In this document: one piece after another, positions 51,959 through 64,000 of the stretch | How positions within the stretch are numbered: the first letter of the stretch is position 1 | How the letters are laid out: each line of letters opens with the position of its first letter | DNA from: Rhizodiscina lignyota | Taxonomy: Eukaryota | Assembly: GCA_010015805.1 (NCBI GenBank) | Contig: ML978124.1 | Span: 496,001-560,000 of the forward strand | Length of the DNA stretch: 64,000 nt | Direction: 5' to 3' | The notes under the pieces: model-generated | Seen by the model: only the letters and a program-made list of their open reading frames with translations | What the model was told of the DNA's origin: nothing | Database searches by the model: none | Program-made: the position numbers and the translations under genes

Positions 51959-54780
51959 ATGGCAGGCACCGAGAGTCGTCAAACGACAGCTTTAGTAATT
52001 GCTGCCGTATTTCTTGCTTGCTCTACGGTCTTTGTGACTCTTCGGCTTATTTCACGAACGTTGGTTGTCAGGAAATTGCAGCCTGACGATTGGTTTATCA
52101 TTGCAGCTTGGGTATGTCTTAGTTCCACTGAAACAGATTTTAGCTTATTATGTGAAGGTGGTGAGCTTCGGGCTATCATTTTCGATTTGCTATGGAGCAT
52201 CTGTTGGCCTGGGGAGGCATGAGATCGATGTTCCAGCGGATTGGGAAGCTCCACTGAAGAAGTCGGAATATGCTTTCTCGGTGCTCTATGTAAGGAGTTC
52301 GAACGATCTCCCGACTTCTGCTAATTGATACAGAACCCCGCGCTCATGCTCACAAAAACCTCGATATTGGTGTTCTACCTCAGGCTATCAACAACCGAGA
52401 AAATTTTCAAGTGGGCATGCTATGCTACTTTGGTTGTTGTTAATGTTGGTGGTCTTGCTCTTTCAATACTAAATATCGCCCAATGCAGACCATTGGTATG
52501 AGATATGGCTGTGAATATTGCAACTGTATGTGCTAATGCAGTACAGAGTTCGGCTTTCGAGACTCCAATTCCCAATGGAGCGAAATGTACAGACATCGTC
52601 ACGCTGTACCTGAGCTCCGCTCCTCTAAACATTATCACCGACCTTGCAATCCTCTTCCTCCCGTTCCCTGTCCTTACGTCCATCAAGCTACCGCGGAAGC
52701 AGAAGATCATCCTACTGGTTACCTTTGGATTTGGCGTATTCATTGCAGTAGTCGATGTGGTCCGAATTGCGTATTTGCAACAAGCTTTCATGACCCGAAT
52801 CGAGAGTGTGCAGACCAATTCCCACAGCGAGGGGCCAGACGCGAGAAATAGCAGCGATTTCTCTTGGTACGGTGCAATTTCGTACACTTGGTCCGCGATA
52901 GAAGTCCACGTTGGGATTATGGTTGCTTGTGTGCCTGGTCTGAAGCCGCTGGTATCAAGGTTCCTGCCCAAGATGCTCCGAGATTCGGATAAGGAAGATT
53001 TCACGATAAGGTCGAGCGACGCGTCAAGGAGTATGTCTGAGATGCAAACGGCACAACGAATACCATCTGCTACCAAATCACCCGTACGAGACCGAGGCGA
53101 ATCAGTGGCCCCGGATGAAGGACCAATTGGCATGATGGATTTCTTGACTACTCCGGATATGACCGAACTTCCTCAGATCCAGCGCACAGATACAACAATG
53201 ACCCCAACGACCCCCAACTTTTTTGACTTTGTGAATATCCAAGGCAAAAAGTCCATGGTGCATATGACGACAGAAGAGTCCCTTTTCCCTGTGGCGATGG
53301 TCACAGTTCTTTTCTTCATCTGGGTAGGTTGCCGTGTGGTGCAATAGCGATTGTGCTAATTACTGATTGCTTTTAGGGGTTTGCCTACGGCCTCCTGGAC
53401 AGCTTGAATGCACAATTTCAAAACGTTGCACACATGTCCATTGGTCAAACCATTGGGATTCATTCGGCGTACTTCGCCGGGTACTTTGTAGCTTCCGCAT
53501 CATTCGGTCACCTCGTACTGAGGTTCTGGGGATTCAAGGCATGCTACATTGTTGGCCTCGCTATCTATGCGTGTGGGACCTTGGTCTTCTGGCCTGCGGC
53601 AGTGTTGACGTCCTTTCCGGCCTTCCTTGTGTCCAACTTCATCGTTGGCATGGGCCTGTCCACCTTGGAAGTCAGTGCAAATCTGTTTATTAGCCTTTGC
53701 GGTCCGCAGGAGTACATGGAGATTCGCCTCAATTTATCTCAGGCTGTGCAGGCCATTGGAAGCGTTGTGGCACCACTGCTAGCAACTAAGGTCCTTTTCA
53801 AAAGCGCGACACATGCATCCGCTCTGACGGACGTCCAATGGACCTACCTTGGCATATCACTCTTCACCATCCTGCTAGCCGTGGGTTATTACTACGTTCC
53901 CTTGCCCGAGGCAACAGATAGGGACCTTATAGAGATTGGGGAAAGGGCAGATGGCGCTAACGATGCTGAATTGCATATCCCTTTCTTCTCCGGACCCAAC
54001 TCGTACATCAAAGTCGTACTCATAACCCTGGTCATCGGCATCTTCAGCGAATTCTGCTACGTTGGCGGTCAGGAAGCCATCTCTACATCGTTTTCCTCAT
54101 ACCTCGCTGAAGTAAACCCGTCGCTCGATCCAGTCAACTTTCAGGCTGTAGGCCACTCCGCCTTCGCGGTCAGCCGTTTCATAGCGGCCGGACTGAACCT
54201 TTGGATCAAGCCACGGTACTTATTAGCATTTTATTACGGGGGAGCCGTTGTCTTTTCCGCACTGTGTATGGGAACATTCAGCGCCAAGACCAGTAGTGGG
54301 CTACTCATTATGGTGTACTTTTTCGAGGGCCCGATATTCTCTTTGGTCTTCGCGATGATTCTACGAGGGCTAGGAAGACACACGAAACTCGCAAGCGCAA
54401 TGATCGTTGCTGGCTTTGGGGCAGGTGGCGCGACAATACCACCGATCATGCATGCTGTGGCGACTGGAAGAGATGAGCGATATGGGTGGTCTGTAATTGT
54501 GGCGATATTCGGTGGTGGTTGTATTTTAGTGATTTGGGCGAATGCGTTGCCGAGTGTGAGGAAGGTTCTCGATCCAGTGAAGACCGCTTCATCACCCTCG
54601 TTCGAAGGCGGTGCGGATACTCCCGATGAAGACCAACCAACAATTGCGAGTTCGGGAAGCAGAGCGAGCAGAATATGGGGGAACCTCAAGAAAAGTCGGA
54701 GAAGGAAAAGCGATGAAAAGAGAAGCAGTGATGACGAAGGCCCTTCGAGCCCTTCGACCGAGCATCGAGAGAAGCTGTAA
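51959..54780 (+). CDS. Fusion protein: Pth11-like 7TM (fungal rhodopsin-type) domain + FucP/GluP-like MFS transporter; 5 exons, 875 aa
   Basis: Introns 52112-52157, 52290-52333, 52496-52546 and 53324-53376 all preserve the frame. 7TM motifs LRLISR, DDWFI, GLGRH, QCRP, NIITDLAILFLP, EVHVGIMVAC; MFS motifs FFIW|GFAYGL, IHSAYFAGY, LEVSAN, RLNLSQAVQAIG. Confidence 0.88.
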
Positions 54781-57142
54781 TGGAATCGGTGCATCATTGA
54801 CGCGACATGACGAACTTCTTTTTCTGTACATATGTTATAGATACCCCTGTGAATTAAACACATGCGCCTACGTATGCGCTTCTTCCGCTGCCAAGAAGCC
54901 TTGGCTTGTTCGTTGGTGGTTTGTTTTGCGACAGGAATTGTGTGAGATTTCGGTCTTCCGTTCATGCCTTAGTGTCTCTCTTCTATGACGGGAGACCTGC
55001 ATACATGGCCCACGTATGTGTGTTTTCGAATTTCATGACAAGGTACGACTCTGTATTACCCACTGGAAAGCCGGAATGTTTGGATTAACAAGACTGTCTC
55101 GGCAGAAAAGCTTGCCGGTGCTTGATGGAAATTTGTATATATGCATAGCTGCCAAGAATTGATCTGCTCTCGAGGGCAGACAGCGTCAAAGAGCTCCCAT
55201 CACCATCTACGTACAATGATGAGCTAATTGAAGTGCGAATCCAGCTATCCTGCTCGGCCAGTTCGAAGCTGCTCAACCGCAGCGCCACTCGGATGAAGTT
55301 AACTTTAGACTGAGTATTGTTAAACCAGTCAGTGCTTCCGCCATCGTCGCAGTTCTTCCAAGACGGTTGCTCACAAACTGCGGAGGAGCGCAAGGACAAA
55401 AACCTACGACGGAGCGGAAACTGCCAAGGCGGCTTTAGTGTGAACCGATATATGGAAGATGGTGGAGAGGAGGCTGTGCAAAGAACTTGATACACTGTCG
55501 ATGCGGGTGTGTGATTAAGGATATAATACAGGTCCGATTTGCAAAAGTTTCGAGCCTGGGTGTTGAACGATGATCTCCGACTTTGCATGTTTGACAGTGT
55601 CAAGAATTCGGAGAAAGGAAAAGATCAGTTCGCGCCTCCTATTGGTTCAATGCTCCACGTGGATTTGAGTTTAGAGCTTTGAAATCTCATAAGAGGAAGT
55701 CTGAGAGACGAGAGGGTGGAGTTTTAGGCGCGTTTGACAACCATCATGAAGACCAGGCTTCCCTGAGCAGATCGTACAACGAAGCAGTACGGCCTTGAGG
55801 ACGCGCGGAGTTCCAAATACTTCCATTTGATATGTCGCTTTGACGAGAATCGGAACTGCTCAATCTTATGAGGAAACAATTCTTTCTTGGCTTCCGTCTT
55901 TTTGGTCATTCAACAAGTTTGTGGTACTCGTGATGGCCTGGAGTTGGTGCTCAAGGTCCCAAAGTGCAATCCGGTACTGATCTAGTACTATCTGATGATC
56001 TGCAGCCACCCGCAGAGGGTCTCGTAGGCAAAATAGATGAAAGACCGACTCGGAGAGGGTGCCGATATTGTGAAGAAGATTGCTGCATGGTGTAGGTTGG
56101 TAGATTTCGCGGGAGCCGCCCTTGGGTGCCCTAATTTGCAAGGGACTTGGTGATGCACGTGGCTGAAACGCTATCCTAAACAACGTCCTTAGTATCCTTC
56201 GTACCAACTCAACACAACCTACCCTCTTCGATGCTTGATCACGACAAGCTGTGTTTCTCTCGAGAAACATCGGCTCCCAAGAGCTCTTGTTTTCGCGAGA
56301 TGGTCTTAATGAAGGAGCTTCATGCCATCCCGCACTCTTACCTCGCGGCGGGTCTGTGCAATAATCGTTTCTACCACGAATGCTTGGTAGTCGATGAATG
56401 ACGACTGAACCATCAGCAGCAACAAATAGGCAGTTCTGGAGACAATGACAGAGTCTTAGATCAAGTTCTATCAAAAGCTGCTATCGGAAGCAGGAGATGG
56501 GCGTAGCCTGGGATAGAAAGGTTTCTAATTGAGTTGACATCTTGTGTCTGGCGTCGAAAGGAAGCTCATACAGGTCTCAGAGTGCGTAATAGCACGTTAA
56601 AAAACTATACAATAGTATAGAGGTAATATGATCGACGTACACGCGCTACGTATCATCGGAGCAGGAGCACAGCCAGTAATTGATGATGTTTCGATCTGGT
56701 TATCCAAGGATGCTCAATCGTCCTCTGTAAGAAGATGCATCACCAGCAGGGGTATGATGCCAGCCTTACGACCTCAAAACGCTTGTTTAACTGTCCGTGA
56801 TAAATTGCAGGTGCCTTTTTTTGCCAAGATCCCCAAGGGTGAGCTCCATCACATCCAGGCCATACCCCTAGTCGATCGAGGCTGTGCTTGACGCATTCAT
56901 TCATTACTTCTTTTCTCCATAATCGCAATTTGCTGTCTCTACATTATCCCTCCTCGCGTCGTTGTTTGCCTTTGAGGGTTTGCGGGAGTGATCTTTTTCT
57001 TCGTCTTCTATAAACATTTCTTTCCATTCGTTAGGAAACGTTAAGGCGGGCCTGTTCATTCCTTTGTCACTCATTACTTGGGCTTCTGCTTTCAATCTTT
57101 AGACTCATCGGCCGGACCTTCCATTCCTTTCAACAGTTCATC

Positions 57143-59120
57143 ATGCATATCTTCGGCTCGCTGTCTCTATTGTTGCTGGCAACTTCGACAACAGCCTCTC
57201 CTTCACGACGTTACTATCGTTTCTCTCAAGATCAACAGCGCAAGGCAGAAGAGATAAACCGGCGCCAGCTTAATAACAACATAACAAGCGCTGTTGATCC
57301 AGCCTCAATTACAACTGCGACAATTTTCAGCACTTCGACCCACACGGTTACATCATGTCCCCCAACAGTTACCAATTGCCCGGCGGAGGCTGCGCTTACC
57401 ACTACCACAACCCACGTAATTGCGGTATCGACGACAGTTTGCCCGGTGAGCGAACTCTCGTCGATATTTTCTTCTATATCTAAGGCAGCGGCGTCCCGCG
57501 AGTCGGAGAAGTCGAAGGAATCAAAGAAGGAATCAAAAAACAAGAAAACGACAACACCTGCTTCCACATCGGCAACGATGACCGGTACCGCCCCAATGTC
57601 ATCGTCCCTAGGAACAGGATTTGCTTCAGGATCAGTGTCTATTCAGTCAGCCAATAATACGAGCACGAGCAGCTCCAGCATTATCTTAAGCACCGGATTG
57701 TCTTCGGGTTCGGGATCCGTAGCCGCTCAATCAGCTAACAGGACGACTTCGACTTCGACTAAGCAAACGACTTCCACCAAGACATTCACGAGCACGTCTA
57801 CCGTCCTCAGTCAAGTCACATCAACTGTTACATCTCAAGTAACTATGACTCTGTCTTCGAATGGAACCACGACGACGTCGATCAAAACCACAACGCTTGT
57901 GAACACGAAAACGGCAACTTCGACCAGCGTAAGTCTTCTCCCCCCTCGTATTATTGAACTCGCACTAATCAATCGCGGTAGACCGTATTCGTCACCGCCA
58001 CGATGATGAATAATTCAACAATATCAGCCGCGACCGCAACGACAACGACAACCTCGACTCCGACCTCGACGACTTCTTCTTCCTCTAGCCTCAGCTCATC
58101 TAATTCAACGCTAGTATCTGCCGCAGCAGCTACTACCTCGTCCACAACTCTTTCGAGCACGACGACCACCACGTCTCTCAGAACGGTCACCTCTACGGTC
58201 CTGACCTCTGCTCCTGTTACGTCCTTTGTCAACACGTCCATGAGTCTCATGACCTTCACTAATTCTGCCGGGTCTGCTACGACGTTGACATCGACAGTTC
58301 TCAGCACATCTACGAGCTTCAGCACCGTCACTATTCTGCAGACGCAAACTCTATCGGCGACTTCATTCGCCACCTCATTTGCAACTACATCCGCCACATC
58401 GGTATCCGCTGCAGCGTTCACGTCAACCACCAGCACTACATCGTTGGCAAATACGACGTCGTTCTCTACCGCGACCTCTGCTGTATTTACCAGCGCAACT
58501 ACCTCCACTGCGACATTTTCAACCCCATCGTTTTCCACCGCGAGCACTGCGGCCTTTACGAGTGCGACTACGGCGACGACTGCATTCACGAGTGCGTTTA
58601 CCTCGGCGTTCACGAGCACAACGAGCTTTCAAACTTTCTCCGCTGCCTCTGCGCAGAGCTCGACCTGTACTCCTTCCACAGTAACAGTTACAGTTACAGC
58701 GTGTGCCTCGACTTGCAATACCCCGGTTACCGTCACAGTGGTGAGTTCAAAACTTCTCCGTTTCAGGTGGTTTCGGGAAATACTAATAACAACCGTTAGA
58801 CTGCGGCAGCATCGACCGCGACCGCACTTGTCGTCCAGACCGTCAGTGCTGCAGGTTTCAATACTACAACGAGCGCTACGTTCAATTCCGCAATGGTATC
58901 AGCAATGGCAACGGCTCTGAGCTTCGGGACAGGAACTGCGGGAACCGCGGGCACCGCGGGCACACTCTCTGGCGGTGCATTTGCAACAGGCAACAACGGC
59001 ACGTTCACGAAGAAGACGTCTGCTCATGGCCACAAGTTTACCAAGACACCGTCTGCTTTTGACACTTCTACCAAGAAGCCATCTACTACAGAGGTCCCTG
59101 CATTGTCGTATCTGTTCTAG
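57143..59120 (+). CDS. Secreted Ser/Thr-rich mucin-like/cell-wall protein, 3 exons
   Basis: Signal peptide, RR processing site, THTVTSCPPTVTNCP...VSTTVCP motif and long S/T tracts; introns near 57929-57980 and 58741-58799. Confidence 0.8.
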
Positions 59121-59961
59121 TTAGACAGGCGGAGGAAGGCCTGGAGCCTGCTTTGAAGGAATAGAGTCGATTTCTCGCATATTTCCTTTAGTGGGCATGT
59201 TCTTGGCTTACCACGGGTTTCTGGGGAGATGTAAATAATTCAGATACGACGAGTGAACGACACCAGTAAATATCTCCCACACAGGACTCTGATTTAGGGT
59301 CGACTCACTCTTAGTGCGAGACGTCAAGGAATACAAGCGTGGAGTTTGCAGGCTACTTCGGCTCCTTACAATCATTCATTCACTTTCTTATCACGCGGGT
59401 GACAAAACAGCTACGCCTGATTCACTGAACGACTGTAATAAGAACAATTTTTGTTCTTTAGCAACGAGCGAGAGCATCTCTGAAGGCTCGATGAAATATA
59501 TGCCTGAGCGTATTTATCGAAAAAGCGCACCTTCTGTATATATAAACCATATTAACTACGGAGGATACACCTCCTCATAGTTCGATATTTTGCAGCAACG
59601 ACTCAACTATTTTGTCGCTTACTTGCTTACTACTTCAATCTTACCTTTATGCTCCATATTCATGCTCGAGAAGCGGCGAAAGTGGGTTCTATCTCAGGTA
59701 GTTAAAGGTGTTACCTTTCACCCGATAGTATCCGCAACCATTCACATGAGAGAATTAAGCTTTGACCAAGAACCGCCCACTATTTTGGACCAACACAAGA
59801 TCTTTTATCTCCTTCTTCTACTCTTTCTTTTCTTCCGTAGCCCACTGTCCTACTCTTAGAGATCAAAAGTCGCAGAACAGGTTCCAAAATATCGGCCCTC
59901 GCAGTCGTCTATAGCATCATCCAAGCTACATTCTCCGCGAACTATCAACACAAGCGAAAAC

Positions 59962-61693
59962 ATGGCTTCTGAGGATCTATCTTCTAAGCATTCACTTGCG
60001 TACACATACGACATCCAAGACTTCCGAGTCGGTAATGTGGAAGATGAGAGACGTCTTCGAGCTCTTGTTGGAGTCCGAATTGGCACCGATACCGATGCTG
60101 GAAGGTACGTCTGAGAGTCTGAGAGATTCGATCTTGGGTTGGCAAGCTGGACTTAACATTAACGGATTTTAGTGAAACCCCCAAGTCGAATAATGGCCGC
60201 GTCAGTGGCCTCGCTCAACAACTTGCCTCCTTGTCTGTCTCTTCTCCAACCGAAGAAGCCTTGAATGAAAAGATCAATCGGAACCTCGAACAAGTTAGTG
60301 GCGCTGGTGTCACTAGGCGCGATCGGATCGCTATCGACGATGCGTCCAATTTCCAAAGACCATTCATAGCCTTCTTCAATGTGACGCGGAGATTTGAGAA
60401 GACTTGGGCTGCTGTCGGGGTTGCTGTTCGAATGGCGGCCAAGGAGGTCGCTGCCGCCAAACAGGTTCAATCTCGTAGACCGAAGTGCGTTGTGCTTGTC
60501 TCGACGCGCATGGAAGCTGCTGTCCTCTTCTATCAGGCCCTGAACCTTTGCTTCGGTACAGGAATCCGTCCGCGAGCTCTATATGGCACGCAGTCCGAAG
60601 ACATCGATTGTCCAAGCTACGACAAGCAGCGCAAGCTCCTACTCAATGGCAGCTGCGACCTTCTGATCGTAACCCCTGGACGATTTTTCCAGATGCGTCA
60701 GGATGCAAAGTGTAAAGCGGCTCTGGGTGACATTCGATTCGTCTGTCTTGAGGAGGCACAACTCTTTATCTCGGGAATGTGGAACCAGGATAAGAAACCT
60801 ATTTACGAGCAGGTGCACGAGGGAAAGCTGATACAAGAAACAACATCGATCTTAGCGATCGGATCGGGCCTAATCCACATAGTAAGGAAGGCACTTCGAG
60901 ATTCTCTGAAGATTGAGAAACGGGGATGGATATCCCGAATCCTTGCTCCAAGTGCGGGTGTACATGCGGCCCAACATGTTCAGCAACACTTCACGAGGAT
61001 TCAAGATGGCCCCACTCTCTTGAGGCACGCCGTGTCGCTGATCCGCGTAATACTTCTTGGAAGAATGAAGACCATGGTATTCCTGAATTCTTTGGAGACG
61101 GCGGACGAGTTCCATCGCGATGTCATCCGCGAATTGGAAGAGGCCGGGGTCAGGGAACCGGGTAGACAAGTTGGCCTGTTGACTCGAACAATGGGTTTAC
61201 AGCACAACGAGTCGGCCTTCGCAAAATTTTCCCTAGGCTCGGAAATGACCGTTCTTATCGGGACCCACGGCCTCGCAATTTCTCCGTACATCTCGAACGT
61301 TACCACTGTCATCCACATAGCCTTACCTTTCTCCTTGGAAGACCATAATATCCGATTGGGCTATGTTTCAGCGGCAACCAAAGAGGCAGCAGGAACATCG
61401 CTTGCACTTGTTCAGGAGAAAGACCAGCCGGTATTTAAGAAGATAGCGGAAGATGTTGCTGCTGCTGGGACTGGCTCAAAGGAGGTCATCTTGCGAGCCC
61501 TCCGAACTCCCTCTGCATTCGAACCTGTCCCTCAGAAACCTCATCGAGCCAAGAGATATAATCCGAAATCCGATAAGAAGTGCTACGAGTGTGGCAGTTG
61601 TAAGTCCCCAGAATAGAGGATGAAGCCAATTCGTCATACAGAAGCTAATATGAGGCAGACGGGCACTTCCGGGTGAATTGTCCGTTGTATTAG
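59962..61693 (+). CDS. Divergent DEAD-box helicase-like protein with degenerate motifs and a C-terminal CCHC zinc knuckle, 3 exons
   Basis: STRMEA, TPGR, LEEAQ, KTMVFLNS and VLIGT occur in DEAD-box order. Spliced end CYECGSYGHFRVNC; introns 60105-60172 and about 61600-61658. Confidence 0.75.
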
Positions 61694-61975
61694 AGGTGAC
61701 GAGATAGAATCAATCTCAAGGAGGAGGTCTGGTGCAAGAAGTATTTTTGCCGGTTCGACGACTTGAGGGAGGGAGCATCACCGCTTGGCCGTTCTCGAAG
61801 CTACAGCGCTTTTTTCAATCACCGTCCACGACAAGTTCCAGGCACAGTTTCCGGATAAGACTAGGTTTGGGACGCAAAGGAGGTTGCATATTTTGATTTC
61901 GCACCCCGGATAGTGCGGAAGTGAAGGTCCTTTTACGGAGTATCCAACAGTGACTTATGAGGTATTGCGGAAGGA

Positions 61976-62009
61976 AGGAGAGGTTACGTACCAGGAGAGG
62001 TTACGTACC
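61976..62009 (+). repeat. Perfect 17-bp tandem duplication
   Basis: AGGAGAGGTTACGTACC x2. Confidence 0.9.
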
Positions 62010-62505
62010 AGGATAGTCACACAAACTAGCACTAAGGTTGTACCAGAGCCGCAAGATATCGAACTAATGGTTCTTGACATTGTGCACTTCGTATATTCAG
62101 ATATGGCCTCGCTCGTCCGAACCTCAACGTTGGAATGGGTGGAGTTCAGATATTCATCACGTGAAAGCCAAGACTCGTCACTCGGTAGGTACCGGGGAAT
62201 GACAGTCCGGGCCCGAGCTTTCGCCTCCCATTTTGAAAGCCTAGCAAAATTCTAGAAGTGCCAAAGCGCCTTTCTCCGTCGATTGGCCGAGCTTCAAAAG
62301 AATTTCAGTTCTCCCTTTTAACCGCACATCCCCCTCATCCATCAACCGTCAGATACCCGTAGACTCGTACGCGCTGTTTCGACCTCGAATTTCAATAGAC
62401 CATATTTCGTATACCCTTATAGATTCTCGTAGCGCAGGACAACGCGCCTCCTTTCCATTTTGCACTCAACCCGCGACTCCGGCCGCCATTGGCTCCTAGA
62501 AAGAG

Positions 62506-63138
62506 ATGAAAGTTTTTTCGGCTTCAGATGAGTTCGACTACTCGTGGGAAGAAGTTTCCACAGCAAACTGGCGGAAGTACTGCCCTTGGAACGAGAAGAC
62601 GCCACATGTACTTGCGGTCGACACGCTATCCAGAAATATAGACCCAGAGACTGGAATTGTAAGTTATCACTTGCCCATCGCGCAAGGTGGACAGTTTCTG
62701 ACCATATCACCTCTACAGCTTCGGACTGAGCGACTGATTACATGTCAACAAACCGCACCCAAATGGCTTGCTCCCTTCGTTGGCGACGGCAGCTCTCATG
62801 TCTATGAGGTGTCTTACTGCGATCCAAAGTCGAAGAAAGTCACTATGTGCTCGCAGAACATGACATGGTCTGATCTGATCAGCGTACAAGAAACTGTCGT
62901 ATACAAACCCTTGGCAGCATCTCCAAACGGAAAGACCCAATTCCACCAGACAGCCAGAATTACAGCTCTATGTGGCGGATGGGATAGAATTAAAGCCAAG
63001 GTCGAACAAGCCACCGTCGATAGATTCGCACAAAATGCAGCGAGAGGAAAGGAGGGCTTCGAGATGGTTCTCGAAATGAGCAGGAGAGCGTTCGCCCAGG
63101 AGAGAGAAGAACAGGCCATGCAGAAGGCAAGGCTGTGA
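62506..63138 (+). CDS. UPS2: PRELI/MSF1 mitochondrial lipid-transfer protein, 1 intron
   Basis: MKVF...WEEVSTANWRKYCPWN, HVLAVDTL, LRTERLITC, RFAQNAARGKEGFEMVL. In-frame intron GTAAGT at about 62659 to about 62718. Confidence 0.9.
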   Translation: MKVFSASDEFDYSWEEVSTANWRKYCPWNEKTPHVLAVDTLSRNIDPETGIVSYHLPIAQGGQFLTISPLQLRTERLITCQQTAPKWLAPFVGDGSSHVYEVSYCDPKSKKVTMCSQNMTWSDLISVQETVVYKPLAASPNGKTQFHQTARITALCGGWDRIKAKVEQATVDRFAQNAARGKEGFEMVLEMSRRAFAQEREEQAMQKARL

Positions 63139-63725
63139 ATCAATGACGGTGGCCAAAGCTATCCTTCCGTTTGGCATCGACGAGTACGACGACTGACGCC
63201 TTCACCATAATCGACCATCCAACGATGTTCGACTTCTCATACGGCTTGAATGATATACCCTGATAGACTCTCGTTGCTGCTGCGTTGAAGCGTGTTTTAG
63301 GGCGTTTGATGGGTTTAGGGCGTTTTGAATTGGTTTAGAGAAAATCTGGCGCGAGCTTGTATCATCTAGGGGTGGGAAATCTCCTGTCTAATGATACCAC
63401 CGCTCGTTCTTAGAGAGCATCACCGGGTCGATTGTAATTTTAGATGGCAATAGATTTTAGAAGCACCCTTACTATCCACTACAGGAGATTGCAATATTCT
63501 ACCAACATTACATGCCTAGAGTTTCTGAAAGAGAGAAACCATTCGCGTAAATTGGCAGTTCATGTCCTTTACTGGGGGTAGGGGTAGGTTTGTATATTCA
63601 CCCCGGCGCTACGTAGCGCCCGCCAAGAACATTGTTCACGCCCACGTCCAAGTCGCGTTGCTCTGGCGCCCAAGAGCTTCCATCGATCATTTTCCAACCT
63701 CCCATTTTACACTCCAACTCTGACA

Positions 63726-64000
63726 ATGAATCCGTCCACTCTACTCAACGACGCATTCGCGGAAAAGCCGATCTTAAAGCGACGACTCGAAGAATGCATG
63801 AGTAATTTACTCCCTGATCCCTTGTCGTTTGCCGCGCTCGCTAACGTGTAATTACAGGCGAAAGCCCTCAGTACGCCGACCTCGTGCTCAACATCTCCGC
63901 ATACGTCCTCGAGCTACGCCAGAATTTCTCTGCTCACGTCCTGACGGCAAACGAACCTGCCAACAAAAAGCGGAAACTCGACGATGCGCCCTCAACACAG
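63726..64000 (+). CDS. 5' part of a probable Rtt106-like histone chaperone (3'-partial)
   Basis: Spliced MNPSTLLNDAFAEKPILKRRLEECM|SESPQYADLVLNISAYV...EPANKKRKL resembles Pezizomycotina Rtt106 N-termini from recall; only the N-terminus is visible. Confidence 0.55.

Noticed and set aside
57969..58619. Val/Ala-rich 216-aa minus-strand ORF
   Set aside because: Antisense of Thr/Ser-rich codons in the secreted protein
63295..63330. TTTAGGGCGTTT x2 as telomeric repeat or telomerase template
   Set aside because: Only two spaced copies in a 3'UTR; not a TTAGGG array
1..64000. tRNA, rRNA, CRISPR array, intact transposon, secondary-metabolite cluster
   Set aside because: By eye I found no T-loop/cloverleaf, repeat-spacer array, transposase/RT ORF or PKS/NRPS gene; a covariance-model scan was not possible

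Overview
Gene-dense, intron-containing fungal genomic DNA. The GT-AG introns are mostly 45-110 nt with CTAAC-type branch points, consistent with a filamentous ascomycete (Pezizomycotina). About 25 protein-coding genes can be reconstructed by eye. Most are conserved housekeeping genes (RNR1, HLJ1, X-family DNA polymerase, UBP12, OMA1, ZRT3-like, SDS22, coronin, ILV3, UPS2, RTT106-like). I found no tRNA, rRNA, CRISPR array or intact mobile element. The most unusual observations are four. (1) A single spliced gene fuses a Pth11-like 7TM receptor-type domain to a FucP-like MFS transporter and is preceded by several uORFs. (2) A DEAD-box pseudo-helicase has degenerate catalytic motifs and a C-terminal CCHC knuckle. 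(3) A small secreted precursor has KR + (XP/XA)n processing signals that would release a cationic amphipathic peptide. (4) UBP12 has a candidate ACG-initiated N-terminal extension carrying an NLS-like motif. All gene identities come from motif recognition, not from database searches.
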